Shown here piece by piece: positions 38,084 through 47,602 of a stretch of DNA of 64,000 bases (within the stretch, counting starts at the first letter, position 1; each line of letters starts with the position of its first letter). Origin of the DNA: a phage. The translations under genes and the position numbers were made by a program. The notes beneath the pieces were generated by a model. That model had not been told where the DNA came from and did not search any database. It worked only from the letters and a program-made list of their open reading frames with translations. The stretch lies in NCBI GenBank assembly GCA_033286805.1, contig GCA_033286805.1_4727.1; one strand, 5' to 3'.

Positions 38084-40993
38084 ATGAACGATATAAATAA
38101 AGGGCGCGTCGCCCTCGAACGTCAAATGAGCAATAATGACGTTGCGAAGGCACTCATGAACAAATTTGTCGCTCCTGCTCCGCAGTCACGTCTTTATAAT
38201 ACACGTGATGCGGAAGGAGCGAACGGTCGTTTCGGGTTAGTTGTTCCCGACCAAATGACGATGAACACGGTTACGCGTGCGACCGCGACAAACATCGAGG
38301 ATAATAAAAACATCCTCGAGTTGTTCCCTGAACTTAAACGCGTGATGCAGATCTATGTTGCCGCGTTGACGAACCCTAACGATCTTAAGACGGTCGAGAT
38401 GTTTATCGACAGCGAAGATTTCCCCGGCAGAGTCGCAGAAATCGTTCAGCCGATGATCGATACCATCGACACGCATTTTAAGAATATCTATAAAATAAAG
38501 ACGCTTATCCCTCGTATCATCGAAGACGTCTTCTTTATCAAGGGCAGTTATAACTTCGTTGTTCTGCCGGAAAGCACGCTCGACCGCGCCATTAATGGTA
38601 ACGGTCAACTGAAACTTGAAGAATACGGATTTAAAGACAACCATTTTGCAAGCTGGGGACTTTTAGGTAACGACAGTCGCAAACGCCACGAAAATCAACT
38701 ACCCGCGACGGTTTCGATGGAAGATTATTTCTCGGGTGTTAATGAAACCATACCGTACGATCCTGTTGTTCGCATAGACAGCATTAAGTTTACCAATACC
38801 CTGCTTCGCGATAAGGACGGTAAATTCATTGAAGCGAAGATCGATATTCCGGATATGGTTACGGTTGTCGATAACCCAGACATCCTCCGCATGCCTATTC
38901 TGCATCAACGTCGAGCAGCGACAGCAGTGCAGCGTGCGTTACGCGCAAACACGTTAGGAGGTAGTGGTTTGGTAACGCTGTCAGGCGATCCGACCCTAAC
39001 CGCTAACCGACGTGAGCTGTCGCAAGAACAGGTTAACGAGATCTGGAATAAACTCAACATCCAACGTCACACCAAGGTATCTCCCGTTTACGCGCTGGCA
39101 ACCCCAGATACACTCGATCGTCAAAGCGTCGGTCATCCTGGTGTGATGCACGTACCACCTGAGGCATTAGAACCCGTACATGCGCCTGGCGATCCGGAGA
39201 ACCATATCGGGTATTTGGTTCAGTTGGATGAGTTTGGTTATCCGGTGCGTTTGGTTGAAGATGCTGCGTATTACAAGCAGTTGGAAGGGCGGTTGTCGAA
39301 GATCACCGCAGATATCGCAGGTACGTCAAGCAACGGCATGGCGAGCGAGATGATTGGTGCGGCCAAGAACATGATCCAAGGTACGTCATGTAATCAGGTA
39401 GACATGTCGGCCTTCGTATCGTCGTACGAATCGCTGATGCAACGTTACATCGTTGAACGTATTGTCAACGGTTATCTTGGCAGTGCGGTGGAAATCGGCG
39501 CGACATCATCGTTTTACCTATCGATGCTTGCCCGTAGCCTCGCTCATAAGCAGACCCGTGTTTTGTTTATTCCTCGAGAGATGGTGACTTACATCGCTTA
39601 TGAATACAACAAATACGGTATCGGTCGTTCGCTGCTTGAAAGTACGAAGATGATCTCGTCGCAACGAGCCATGCTCATGGTTCAAGAACTGATGGCGAAA
39701 ATCAAAAGTTCGTTGAACTATACGACGCTAAGCGTAATGCTTGAAGACACCGACAGAAACCCGGTCGATACCGTCGAACAAGCGCTGCATAGTTTCGCTC
39801 GTGTCTACCAGTCTGGTTTCCCTCTGGGTGAAACTAACCCGATGGATATCATCAACGCGTACGAACGAAGCTCGATTCGATTGAAGGTTGAGGGGAATAA
39901 CCCACGCTTCCCGAAATTGAATACAGACGTCAGTGTTGAGCAGCGTAACTATCAGTCTCCTGATAATGAGCTGATGGATCGTTACCGCCGTGACCATTTC
40001 ATGGGTTTGGGAGTTTCTCCAGAGATTATCGATACTTCCTACCAATCTGAATTCGCAGCTTCTGTGATTACAGCTAACGCGATGCAAGAGAAACAGTTCA
40101 CGGTTTGTCGTGAGGTGATCACGAATGGGTTATCGGACCACATCAAGAAATACACGGCATACAGTCCCGTGTTGTTGACGTCGTTACGAAACACGGTTCG
40201 TGCGAACATGTCTAAGCTCTCCCAGGCACAATTGAAGCAGCTTTTTGGTAGCGATTTCGAAAACGGTGTTATCCGTAACGTTAACGCCTATCAGGAGATT
40301 GACGACCAATCAGCAACAATGGATCTGGATTACACTAAACCAGAAGTCCAGGAAGTTATTGCCGATGCTTATGTGTCCATGTTCTTAAACAGCCTGCGTG
40401 TGCGTTTACCGGATAGCAATGCTCGTCGCCTTGAAGATCAGGTACGTGAATATAATCAGTACAAGGAAGCGATTACTGCGCAACTTGATGATTATTTAAC
40501 ACCTGATTACGTCATGGGTCTGGGTGGGGTTGATGAAACAACGCTGCAGATGATCCGCGCATGCATTATTGGTACCGCGATGCGTACGTGGGCAAAAGAG
40601 AACAACTTCAATCAGGAGCTGGCTGATCTCTTCAGTCTTGACGATAAGAAGAATGCCGTGCAAGATTGGAAACGTATGTCCATGGAACATATTGAAGTCA
40701 TGGGTAAATGCATGGGTGATTTTGCATTGTATATTCAGAATCTGACGAAGAAGATTGAAGAGAAGATGGGAGCTCAAGCACAGGACGGCAGCGTTTCATC
40801 TGATGGTTCGTGGTCATCCGATTCAAGTAGCGATACCGGTTCTTCTGATGACTTCGGTGGCGATGACGATTTCGGAGATACCGATTTCGATACCGAAACG
40901 ATGGAGGAAACCTCAACAGAAGAAACAACCACATCTGAGGAAACGACTACCGACACAACGTCAGAAGACGACACTTCAGGTGGCGTTGTCTAA
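38084..40993 (+). CDS. large hypothetical protein (969 aa) with acidic S/T/D/E-rich C-terminal tail
   Basis: ATG 38084 with AAGGAG SD; C-terminal 80 aa low-complexity acidic tail; followed by hairpin 41034-41067. Confidence 0.65.
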   Translation: MNDINKGRVALERQMSNNDVAKALMNKFVAPAPQSRLYNTRDAEGANGRFGLVVPDQMTMNTVTRATATNIEDNKNILELFPELKRVMQIYVAALTNPNDLKTVEMFIDSEDFPGRVAEIVQPMIDTIDTHFKNIYKIKTLIPRIIEDVFFIKGSYNFVVLPESTLDRAINGNGQLKLEEYGFKDNHFASWGLLGNDSRKRHENQLPATVSMEDYFSGVNETIPYDPVVRIDSIKFTNTLLRDKDGKFIEAKIDIPDMVTVVDNPDILRMPILHQRRAATAVQRALRANTLGGSGLVTLSGDPTLTANRRELSQEQVNEIWNKLNIQRHTKVSPVYALATPDTLDRQSVGHPGVMHVPPEALEPVHAPGDPENHIGYLVQLDEFGYPVRLVEDAAYYKQLEGRLSKITADIAGTSSNGMASEMIGAAKNMIQGTSCNQVDMSAFVSSYESLMQRYIVERIVNGYLGSAVEIGATSSFYLSMLARSLAHKQTRVLFIPREMVTYIAYEYNKYGIGRSLLESTKMISSQRAMLMVQELMAKIKSSLNYTTLSVMLEDTDRNPVDTVEQALHSFARVYQSGFPLGETNPMDIINAYERSSIRLKVEGNNPRFPKLNTDVSVEQRNYQSPDNELMDRYRRDHFMGLGVSPEIIDTSYQSEFAASVITANAMQEKQFTVCREVITNGLSDHIKKYTAYSPVLLTSLRNTVRANMSKLSQAQLKQLFGSDFENGVIRNVNAYQEIDDQSATMDLDYTKPEVQEVIADAYVSMFLNSLRVRLPDSNARRLEDQVREYNQYKEAITAQLDDYLTPDYVMGLGGVDETTLQMIRACIIGTAMRTWAKENNFNQELADLFSLDDKKNAVQDWKRMSMEHIEVMGKCMGDFALYIQNLTKKIEEKMGAQAQDGSVSSDGSWSSDSSSDTGSSDDFGGDDDFGDTDFDTETMEETSTEETTTSEETTTDTTSEDDTSGGVV

Positions 40994-41033
40994 ACGGATG
41001 TAAAAAAAATAACACATAGTTAACCTTCTCCCC

Positions 41034-41067
41034 AACCCGTAAGGGAAGGGGAGAAGGGCTATGCGCT
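41034..41067. terminator. CCTCC/GGAGG palindromic hairpin (H8)
   Basis: ccttctcccc-aa-ccc-gtaa-ggg-aa-ggggagaagg then GCTATGCGCTAT; A8 tract upstream; convergent junction 38084-40993(+)/41075-41350(-). Confidence 0.7.
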
Positions 41068-41074
41068 ATTTAAC

Positions 41075-41350
41075 TTATCTCGAGGTTAACCACGATTCAA
41101 TTGTGGTGAGGTTGCTTCGCAATACGCGCCAACTAGGGTGTGGTGGGATCACAGCACCTTGGTCGATTACGGTTAGCTGAGCCTGGTACTTCTGTTGCAT
41201 ACGGGCTACCGTAGCGTTTACCGAAAGGAAAAGCTGGTAACGTTCGTACGCCGTCAGTACAGCATCCATTTGGATTGCTTCGGTTGCTAAAACGATTTCG
41301 CGTAAGTCCTTTGCGTCCATCGGGACAGTAATGAGTTTATAATGACTCAT
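41075..41350 (-). CDS. hypothetical protein (91 aa)
   Basis: Small ORF ending at hairpin 41034-41067. Confidence 0.45.
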   Translation of the reverse strand: MSHYKLITVPMDAKDLREIVLATEAIQMDAVLTAYERYQLFLSVNATVARMQQKYQAQLTVIDQGAVIPPHPSWRVLRSNLTTIESWLTSR

Positions 41351-41399
41351 AGGGTTTCCTTATCAACCAGGGTATCGCGTTAACAATACCCATCGTCAA

Positions 41400-43958
41400 T
41401 TACTGTTCGTCGCGTTCCAACAGATACTCGGAAGCGGTAATACCGTTTACCGTACGTACTGCTTTCAGACGAGTATCATCACTCAGAATCACGGTAACAG
41501 ATTGCAGACCTTTTACTTTGGTTTCGAAGGTCTTGAACACCTGATCCAGCATACGAGCAATGCTTGGGTTGGTTGCAGCCGATGCGTGGGTGTAACCGCT
41601 TTGGTTCAGCTTCAGAATCTTGGCGTTGGTCGGTACGCGAACAACAACATGCGGACGCATCGCGAACACGCTATGATTAAACCAGTAAGCATCGTTGCTA
41701 TCTTCGTCGGTAACGATGTCTGGATTAACACGCATATCCTCGACAGCCGCATCCGCCAAACGCCGTTCGATTTCGTCAGCATCCAGAGAGCCATCTTTCT
41801 CCAGTTCTGCACGATACTCACTCATGGCAACCAGATGACGTTCACGATTCGCAGCGGATTTTTCGTGAGCTGCTTTCAGGTAGTCATGCATGTTGTACAG
41901 TTCAGCCATGGAAAGACGAATGTTCCACTGACCTTCGCCATCACGATTGCAGTAGAGGCACTTCAGCATGTTGACCCAGGTATAGTAGCAATTGGAGAAT
42001 TCATCTTCAATGAACTTCTGGTCCATTTTAAGATCGTGAATCAGCCAACCGGACAGTTCTCCGATATCATCAACGAAGCTAGAGATGGTGGTTTCAGAGA
42101 AGTTCTTCGGTACGATACGTTTGATCAGCTTGTTAACGTCTTTGGTCATGCTATCGTTCAGGAAATGCCAGATACGCAGAGGAATGACATCTCGATACTG
42201 TTGCATGATCTGACGATAAGCTTTGATATCGTCGCTACGACCTTTATCAATAGACAACGCATCCAGGAATTCATGGATTGCATCCAGCTCTTTGTCGGTA
42301 TAGGTTCCCAGATAGGAATTGACGGTGGCCAGGAATGCTAATGCGTCGTTTTGGTTGACGTCGGTGTTGGTCTGCTGAATGATCGCTACTGAAGCTTTGG
42401 TTTCAGCATCCTCAACGCTTGACGCTGCGATCGCATCGGTGACGGTAAACAGTTTCATTTCGCGCTGCTCACCGACAACGATTGGCTCACGCTGAACCGG
42501 CTTGTTAAGGCTAACACGAACAACTTCTGCTTGCGCGATACGATCCAGTTTTGCCATTTCCTGCTCTGCCATACGACGAGCGGTTGGATCTGATTCAAGT
42601 TCGATGTATTCCACTTCTTCCTCCGTGAGGGATGTAATGTCAACAATGGTTTCATGAAGAATTCCGTTTTCGTCGATACGTGCTCGACGAGCGAAGTGCC
42701 TGAAGTCATACAACGTCGGCCAACGACTATTAGGTGCAAAGTCTTTGGCTTTCAGACGCATCTGCATAAATTCTTCATGTTGAACAACACGACCGTAACG
42801 CTTAGCATCTTCGGTCGCATCAATTGGATTAACGGTCTTTGTTGCCGTAGCGGAACGAGCCGTACGAACCGGTTCCGGTTTCACCTGCGCAGGTTCAGGT
42901 TGAACGGGTTTCTGCTGCCCAGCCTTAACATGCCATTCTGGCTCTTCGTACTGTTCAGCAAATTGCTCGGCCGCTGCAAAGATATCGTTGATACCACCAA
43001 TATCTCCTTCAGGATTTGTCGAATATACTCGTGGTTGCGGTGCCTCGTAACGCGGCGCTGCGGTAGCAGGCGCGGCATCAACGATAGGATCATCATCACC
43101 AACATCATACAAACGGTTGAACGCACAATCCTTCGAATCAATGTACGATGGTGTTTGTGGTTGGACAACCGTAGGTCGAGGTTGTGTGCCGTATCCTGGT
43201 GTTGTTGGAGCCATACCACGCATAACTGCAGGACTAGGTTGGTATTGCGGTTGTGGGTAGGTTCCACCATACATGGCGTACGCAGGCTGTTGTGGTTGAC
43301 CATACCCGTTGCTAACCATCGCACTTGCTTGCGGCCCACGATAAGTCATCCCCATCTGCATCACCTGCTGCTTCAAACCACGTGACTTCTGAGCGATTTG
43401 CGCTAGGCTTCCGCTTTTATTCAGCTGCGTGTACTTGTTCGCGGCTTCCGGGTTAATGCGTGATAATTCAATCGCGCGATAATATTCCGGGTACTGATTA
43501 GGTTCAAAGAGCCACGTTACAAGATGATACAGCGCAACTGTGCTCACAGCAGCAGAGACGATCTGGTCGTCGGACGCGTTCTGTGGCATCGGGTTGATGT
43601 AAGAGAACACGTTCCAACAACAGTCTTCAACAAGCGATTCCATCATCATATCGTTATTGGTATAACGTGCGACGAACTCGGTTTGTATTTTGTCTTGCTG
43701 AGCGAAGTCTTTCAGGACATTAAAGATGGCTTGACGGATTTTGACGATCGTCGCTTCTTGGGTGATGAAGTTATAGTTCTGCTGATATGAGGGTTGTTGG
43801 TATTGTGGTGGTTGATAGGCGTTATTCGGATATGCACCGTACGGCGATTGCTGATACTGCTGCTGACGAACCTGTTCAGCCGCATAATTAATCGTGCTCG
43901 CATAAGGGTTTTCGCTATAGCCCATTTGCTGATACATGTTGTTACTGCCATTATACAT
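41400..43958 (-). CDS. large protein with Gln/Tyr/Pro-rich low-complexity regions (852 aa)
   Basis: N-terminal ~65 aa and an internal ~70 aa segment are Q/Y/P/G-rich (YQQ, PQYQQPSYQQNY, GYGQPQQPAY). Confidence 0.65.
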   Translation of the reverse strand: MYNGSNNMYQQMGYSENPYASTINYAAEQVRQQQYQQSPYGAYPNNAYQPPQYQQPSYQQNYNFITQEATIVKIRQAIFNVLKDFAQQDKIQTEFVARYTNNDMMMESLVEDCCWNVFSYINPMPQNASDDQIVSAAVSTVALYHLVTWLFEPNQYPEYYRAIELSRINPEAANKYTQLNKSGSLAQIAQKSRGLKQQVMQMGMTYRGPQASAMVSNGYGQPQQPAYAMYGGTYPQPQYQPSPAVMRGMAPTTPGYGTQPRPTVVQPQTPSYIDSKDCAFNRLYDVGDDDPIVDAAPATAAPRYEAPQPRVYSTNPEGDIGGINDIFAAAEQFAEQYEEPEWHVKAGQQKPVQPEPAQVKPEPVRTARSATATKTVNPIDATEDAKRYGRVVQHEEFMQMRLKAKDFAPNSRWPTLYDFRHFARRARIDENGILHETIVDITSLTEEEVEYIELESDPTARRMAEQEMAKLDRIAQAEVVRVSLNKPVQREPIVVGEQREMKLFTVTDAIAASSVEDAETKASVAIIQQTNTDVNQNDALAFLATVNSYLGTYTDKELDAIHEFLDALSIDKGRSDDIKAYRQIMQQYRDVIPLRIWHFLNDSMTKDVNKLIKRIVPKNFSETTISSFVDDIGELSGWLIHDLKMDQKFIEDEFSNCYYTWVNMLKCLYCNRDGEGQWNIRLSMAELYNMHDYLKAAHEKSAANRERHLVAMSEYRAELEKDGSLDADEIERRLADAAVEDMRVNPDIVTDEDSNDAYWFNHSVFAMRPHVVVRVPTNAKILKLNQSGYTHASAATNPSIARMLDQVFKTFETKVKGLQSVTVILSDDTRLKAVRTVNGITASEYLLERDEQ

Positions 43959-43992
43959 TTCTTACGATCCTTTTTATTTATTCGGTTATGTG

Positions 43993-45792
43993 TCAATCGA
44001 TTATGTCACGATCGTTAATTTCTACAATTTCTTCATCGAATCGACCGACGTCTTTCTTCAAGCCTGCATTGGTTGCTGCAACGTCATTTGCAATTTGTGG
44101 GGTAATGATTAACCGACCACGTTCGTCGATAGGTGCGTACATACTGAACTTTTGACGTCCGGTTGGTTCGGAGTGTGGAAGATTCAGATAGCTTGCACAG
44201 AACGGGATGGAACCACTAACCAAACGACTCTCGTCAGCCAATGCAGCACCGCCTGCGTTTTGGCTCTGGAGAACAACATGCGTGCTCACTTTGAACAGCA
44301 TGCAATCACCCGGTGACTGAATCGATGTTGCCACTTTCTCACGTTTATCACGATTGCTCTGGATATTGAGAATCGCTTCCGTTGCAACTTGATTTCGCAA
44401 CGCCTTCTGCACATCGCGATTGGTCATCTCTTTACGGTTGTTCTGTCGTTTGCCACGTTCTGTGGTTTTAAGATGGAACCCCAGTTTAAAGATGCTTTTA
44501 CGCACATCCTCCATGACATATTCCAACACCATCAATTCCTTACCGAACATCGTCGTGGTGTCAACACGACTCATTTCGATAGTAACATTGTCAATCAGAT
44601 ACGCCATAAATTCGTAGAAGTCGTCGCAAGGAATATTTTCCTGTTTGAACTTCTTCTGTTGAATTTCGTCAACGTAAAGATCGAGACTGTCGATGTGGTG
44701 GTTTACATCACGCAACAAACGCGCATCCGCATTGTTGTTATTAAAGATAATCAAACCGAGTAATGTACGCCAATGGTCTGGCGCATTTGCGAACTCCTCA
44801 ACCGGATAGTCTTCCGGAAAACGATCGTAATAACGGTCGATGAGATATAGGAACGCACCGACAAGGCCAAGAACAATACGTTCCGTGCCTCCACGTCTTA
44901 CAGCAATTTGAATATCAGGATGTTTGTAACGTACAGCGCTAGCGCTACGGCTTTTACCGCTTTTGCTGATACTAAAGCCTTTAGGAATAACCCCCATGGT
45001 GCGATAGATTACCCATTGGTCACGCGGAAAATCACGTTCAGCAAGGTTCCGTCCGGTTACGGCTTCGACACCTGCAAAACGTCGGAAACACTCACCCACC
45101 CCGTACTTCGCAAAGAGATAGTGACCCAGTGTGGTTACGCTGGTGTGGTTGATGTTGTCACCGTTCACTTTACTTTGTTTGGTAAGATGATAGATTTGCG
45201 ACCAGGGTAATGACAGGTAATGACGATAATCGATACCGGTCGGTGTATCATTGCTCAGGAACTGATACGGTGTACGTTTAACCGTGATTTTATCACGCGG
45301 AAGCATGATGAACGCCATGTCTTTCGTGTAACTGATTACGGGGTCAGCGAGTACCGCACTGAGAATGAAGTTCGCACCACGTAGACGCATTTTACCACCC
45401 TGACCTACCGCGGGTAATAGGAGAGGATGTCGGATAATGCAGTAGTCCTTTCCGGGTTCACGACGGTCGCCTGATTCCATCGCGCCGTACCAGCGGAATT
45501 CCAGCATCACCATAAACACATCGGAAGGCGCAAGGTCGAAGGTCAGCTTACCGCTATCCTTCCCTTTGGTTTTCTTTCCTCCGCTTAAGTAGTGGAACTG
45601 TTCGCGGGCCATACAGCGACGCAGGCCATGATACACCAGATCCTTAGGTAAACTATCTTTGCTGTTCCGCCAAAGACGATCAACATAGGACTCAACATCT
45701 TGCATCTTATCGACGACGATGTTGCGTGCTATCTTCTCGTTCATCTTCGGTGCAAGCTCAGCGACAGCTTTGCAGAATCTAGGATCCATCAC
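43993..45792 (-). CDS. hypothetical protein (599 aa)
   Basis: Long ORF on dominant strand; no motif recognised. Confidence 0.6.
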   Translation of the reverse strand: MMDPRFCKAVAELAPKMNEKIARNIVVDKMQDVESYVDRLWRNSKDSLPKDLVYHGLRRCMAREQFHYLSGGKKTKGKDSGKLTFDLAPSDVFMVMLEFRWYGAMESGDRREPGKDYCIIRHPLLLPAVGQGGKMRLRGANFILSAVLADPVISYTKDMAFIMLPRDKITVKRTPYQFLSNDTPTGIDYRHYLSLPWSQIYHLTKQSKVNGDNINHTSVTTLGHYLFAKYGVGECFRRFAGVEAVTGRNLAERDFPRDQWVIYRTMGVIPKGFSISKSGKSRSASAVRYKHPDIQIAVRRGGTERIVLGLVGAFLYLIDRYYDRFPEDYPVEEFANAPDHWRTLLGLIIFNNNNADARLLRDVNHHIDSLDLYVDEIQQKKFKQENIPCDDFYEFMAYLIDNVTIEMSRVDTTTMFGKELMVLEYVMEDVRKSIFKLGFHLKTTERGKRQNNRKEMTNRDVQKALRNQVATEAILNIQSNRDKREKVATSIQSPGDCMLFKVSTHVVLQSQNAGGAALADESRLVSGSIPFCASYLNLPHSEPTGRQKFSMYAPIDERGRLIITPQIANDVAATNAGLKKDVGRFDEEIVEINDRDIID

Positions 45793-45828
45793 ACACTCCT
45801 TTCAGAAAGTTGCTTAAGCAGATTAAAG

Positions 45829-47271
45829 TTACTTTTTCGATGACGCTTTCTCAAGAATCTTGAAAAAGGTCATACCTATACCGACAACAGCCGCGGTTAT
45901 GCTTGCAGCGGCTTTCCAAACATCGACGTTACGTTGACGTCGCGCTTCTTCCGCTTCACGTTGTCTTTTTGCCTCTTCATCACGTCGACGTATCTCAGCA
46001 GCAAACTCGTCGTGCTTACGTTTGGATTCTTCGTCTCGACGACGAAGTTCAGCGACGAATTCTTCATGTTTGCGTTTAGCCTCGTCATCACGACGTTTTA
46101 AATCAGCTTGATAATCTTCGTGTATTTGTTTACGTAGATCATCTTGACGCTTCATTTCGGCTTGGTGTTGTTCCATCCTACGTTTTTGTTCGTCTTTAAG
46201 CTGATCGAGTTCGGCTTTATGTTGTTCATCACGCAGCTTTGCGTCGGCGCGATGCGCCTCATGCATCTGTGCGATAACTGCCTTGTGTTCATCCGCCATA
46301 CGTCGCATTTCAGCCATCACCCCTTTAAGGGTTTCTTCTGATGCCTTACGTTCGTAGCTACGTTGGTCGAAATCATTTTTGTAGGCTTCTTTTTGGATGG
46401 GGTCGCGCCAATGTAATGCCGATTCACGTGTCGGAAAAACATTGTACTTCCACATCTCTTTTTCCAAATCTTCGACCGGTACGAAGATGGAGTCATTATT
46501 ACCGAAGGTAACCAACATACCTGGCGCACCTGCTCCATTCGTTGGTTTTATTTCGAACGCTTTCCCCAGCACGTTAACCCATAAGCTATACGGATTATGA
46601 AAGTCGGGTGGCGTCCAATGGATAGTGAGTTGCGTTCCGAGAATCCGGAAACCCTCTGTTTTTCCCGTCAAGCTCCGCGCGCACGTTGCGATGTAGGGGT
46701 GATCAATCCCTTTCGTAACGTGGTCTGCGCTTTTGTATTCTCCTTTAACTTTTACGATTGCCACGTTGATTTGCGCGACATAAGCGGGTTGATTAAAGTT
46801 CAGCGTGTTGAGGTCAATTTGACATATTTCATCCAGCGTATCGTACCAGTCTTGCTGGTCTAATAGACGCGGCATTTTCTCTGTGTTAACAATACGACGG
46901 ATATGCGGTTTCCTTATCGCGTAACCTGTGCCGTTTTTAACACGGAGTATATCCCGACGTCTACCCGCGTAGACGAAGTTTCTGAATGCACCATTCGCAT
47001 TAGATACGTCATGGCTGTCAACTATTACAGGACTACGAAATTTTGAACGTCGTACGATCCTGAATGTATTGCCGTCCTCAACCCTACCAGGAATGTACTG
47101 GAACATATTGTCGGAGGTGATAACCAACACGGTATGGCCAGATTCATTAATACATGCCCATCCTAATTCCAGGTCATATAACGGTTCGGCATAACCGTCA
47201 ATGCGATATGCGTGCGTACCATCCCACGGTTCGAACGCGGTATCACATATTGGCATGGAGGGCATCGTCAA
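45829..47271 (-). CDS. membrane-anchored protein with tandem charged 18-aa repeats and C-terminal TM helix
   Basis: First ORF after promoter box 47416-47439; C-terminal repeats RRRDEE[AS]KRKH[ED]EF[AV]AE[IL] then TM segment ITAAVVGIGMTFF. Confidence 0.6.
   Translation of the reverse strand: MTMPSMPICDTAFEPWDGTHAYRIDGYAEPLYDLELGWACINESGHTVLVITSDNMFQYIPGRVEDGNTFRIVRRSKFRSPVIVDSHDVSNANGAFRNFVYAGRRRDILRVKNGTGYAIRKPHIRRIVNTEKMPRLLDQQDWYDTLDEICQIDLNTLNFNQPAYVAQINVAIVKVKGEYKSADHVTKGIDHPYIATCARSLTGKTEGFRILGTQLTIHWTPPDFHNPYSLWVNVLGKAFEIKPTNGAGAPGMLVTFGNNDSIFVPVEDLEKEMWKYNVFPTRESALHWRDPIQKEAYKNDFDQRSYERKASEETLKGVMAEMRRMADEHKAVIAQMHEAHRADAKLRDEQHKAELDQLKDEQKRRMEQHQAEMKRQDDLRKQIHEDYQADLKRRDDEAKRKHEEFVAELRRRDEESKRKHDEFAAEIRRRDEEAKRQREAEEARRQRNVDVWKAAASITAAVVGIGMTFFKILEKASSKK
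45940..46110 (-). repeat. coding tandem repeat (~54 bp x 3) encoding RRRDEE[AS]KRKH[ED]EF[AV]AE[IL]
   Basis: Repeated DNA units ...cgacgacgaagttcagcgacgaattcttcatgtttgcgttt... within 45829-47271. Confidence 0.6.
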
Positions 47272-47415
47272 CCTCCATCTGATTGAAAACTATCACGCAT
47301 AATACATTTCCCTTTTCTTGTTCTTATCAAGCCGACAGCCGACGGTTTCAGCATCGTTCCTAGCGCGAGAACGACCTTACGTGTTGTCTATGCCTTATTC
47401 ATCGAAGGCGTCTGT

Positions 47416-47439
47416 CACCTAGGTAATGTAAGCGTCAAA
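47416..47439 (-). promoter_or_regulatory. conserved 24-bp promoter-like box, copy c
   Basis: CACCTAGGTAATGTAAGCGTCAAA; between hairpin H9 and start of 45829-47271(-). Confidence 0.55.
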
Positions 47440-47473
47440 TTTTTTCTATTCGCAACGATAAACGGCATAGAAA

Positions 47474-47503
47474 CCTCCCCCAACCCTTACGGGCTGAGGG
47501 AGG
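47474..47503 (-). terminator. CCTCC/GGAGG-type hairpin (H9)
   Basis: cctccccc-aa-ccc-ttac-ggg-ct-gagggagg; ~100 nt downstream of 740-aa gene stop and 35 nt upstream of promoter box 47416-47439. Confidence 0.65.
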
Positions 47504-47602
47504 CTGACTTATGTATCACGGTGCCGGATGAATGTCCGGTGCAATGAAACCATCCGCAACGTTGTCGTCAAGAATATCATCCAACGAAGCAGCTACGGTA
47601 GT

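Noticed and set aside
41502-43385. Plus-strand ORFs 41502-42341 and 42654-43385
   Set aside because: Antisense to the 852-aa minus-strand gene; Cys/Arg-rich composition and no RBS.
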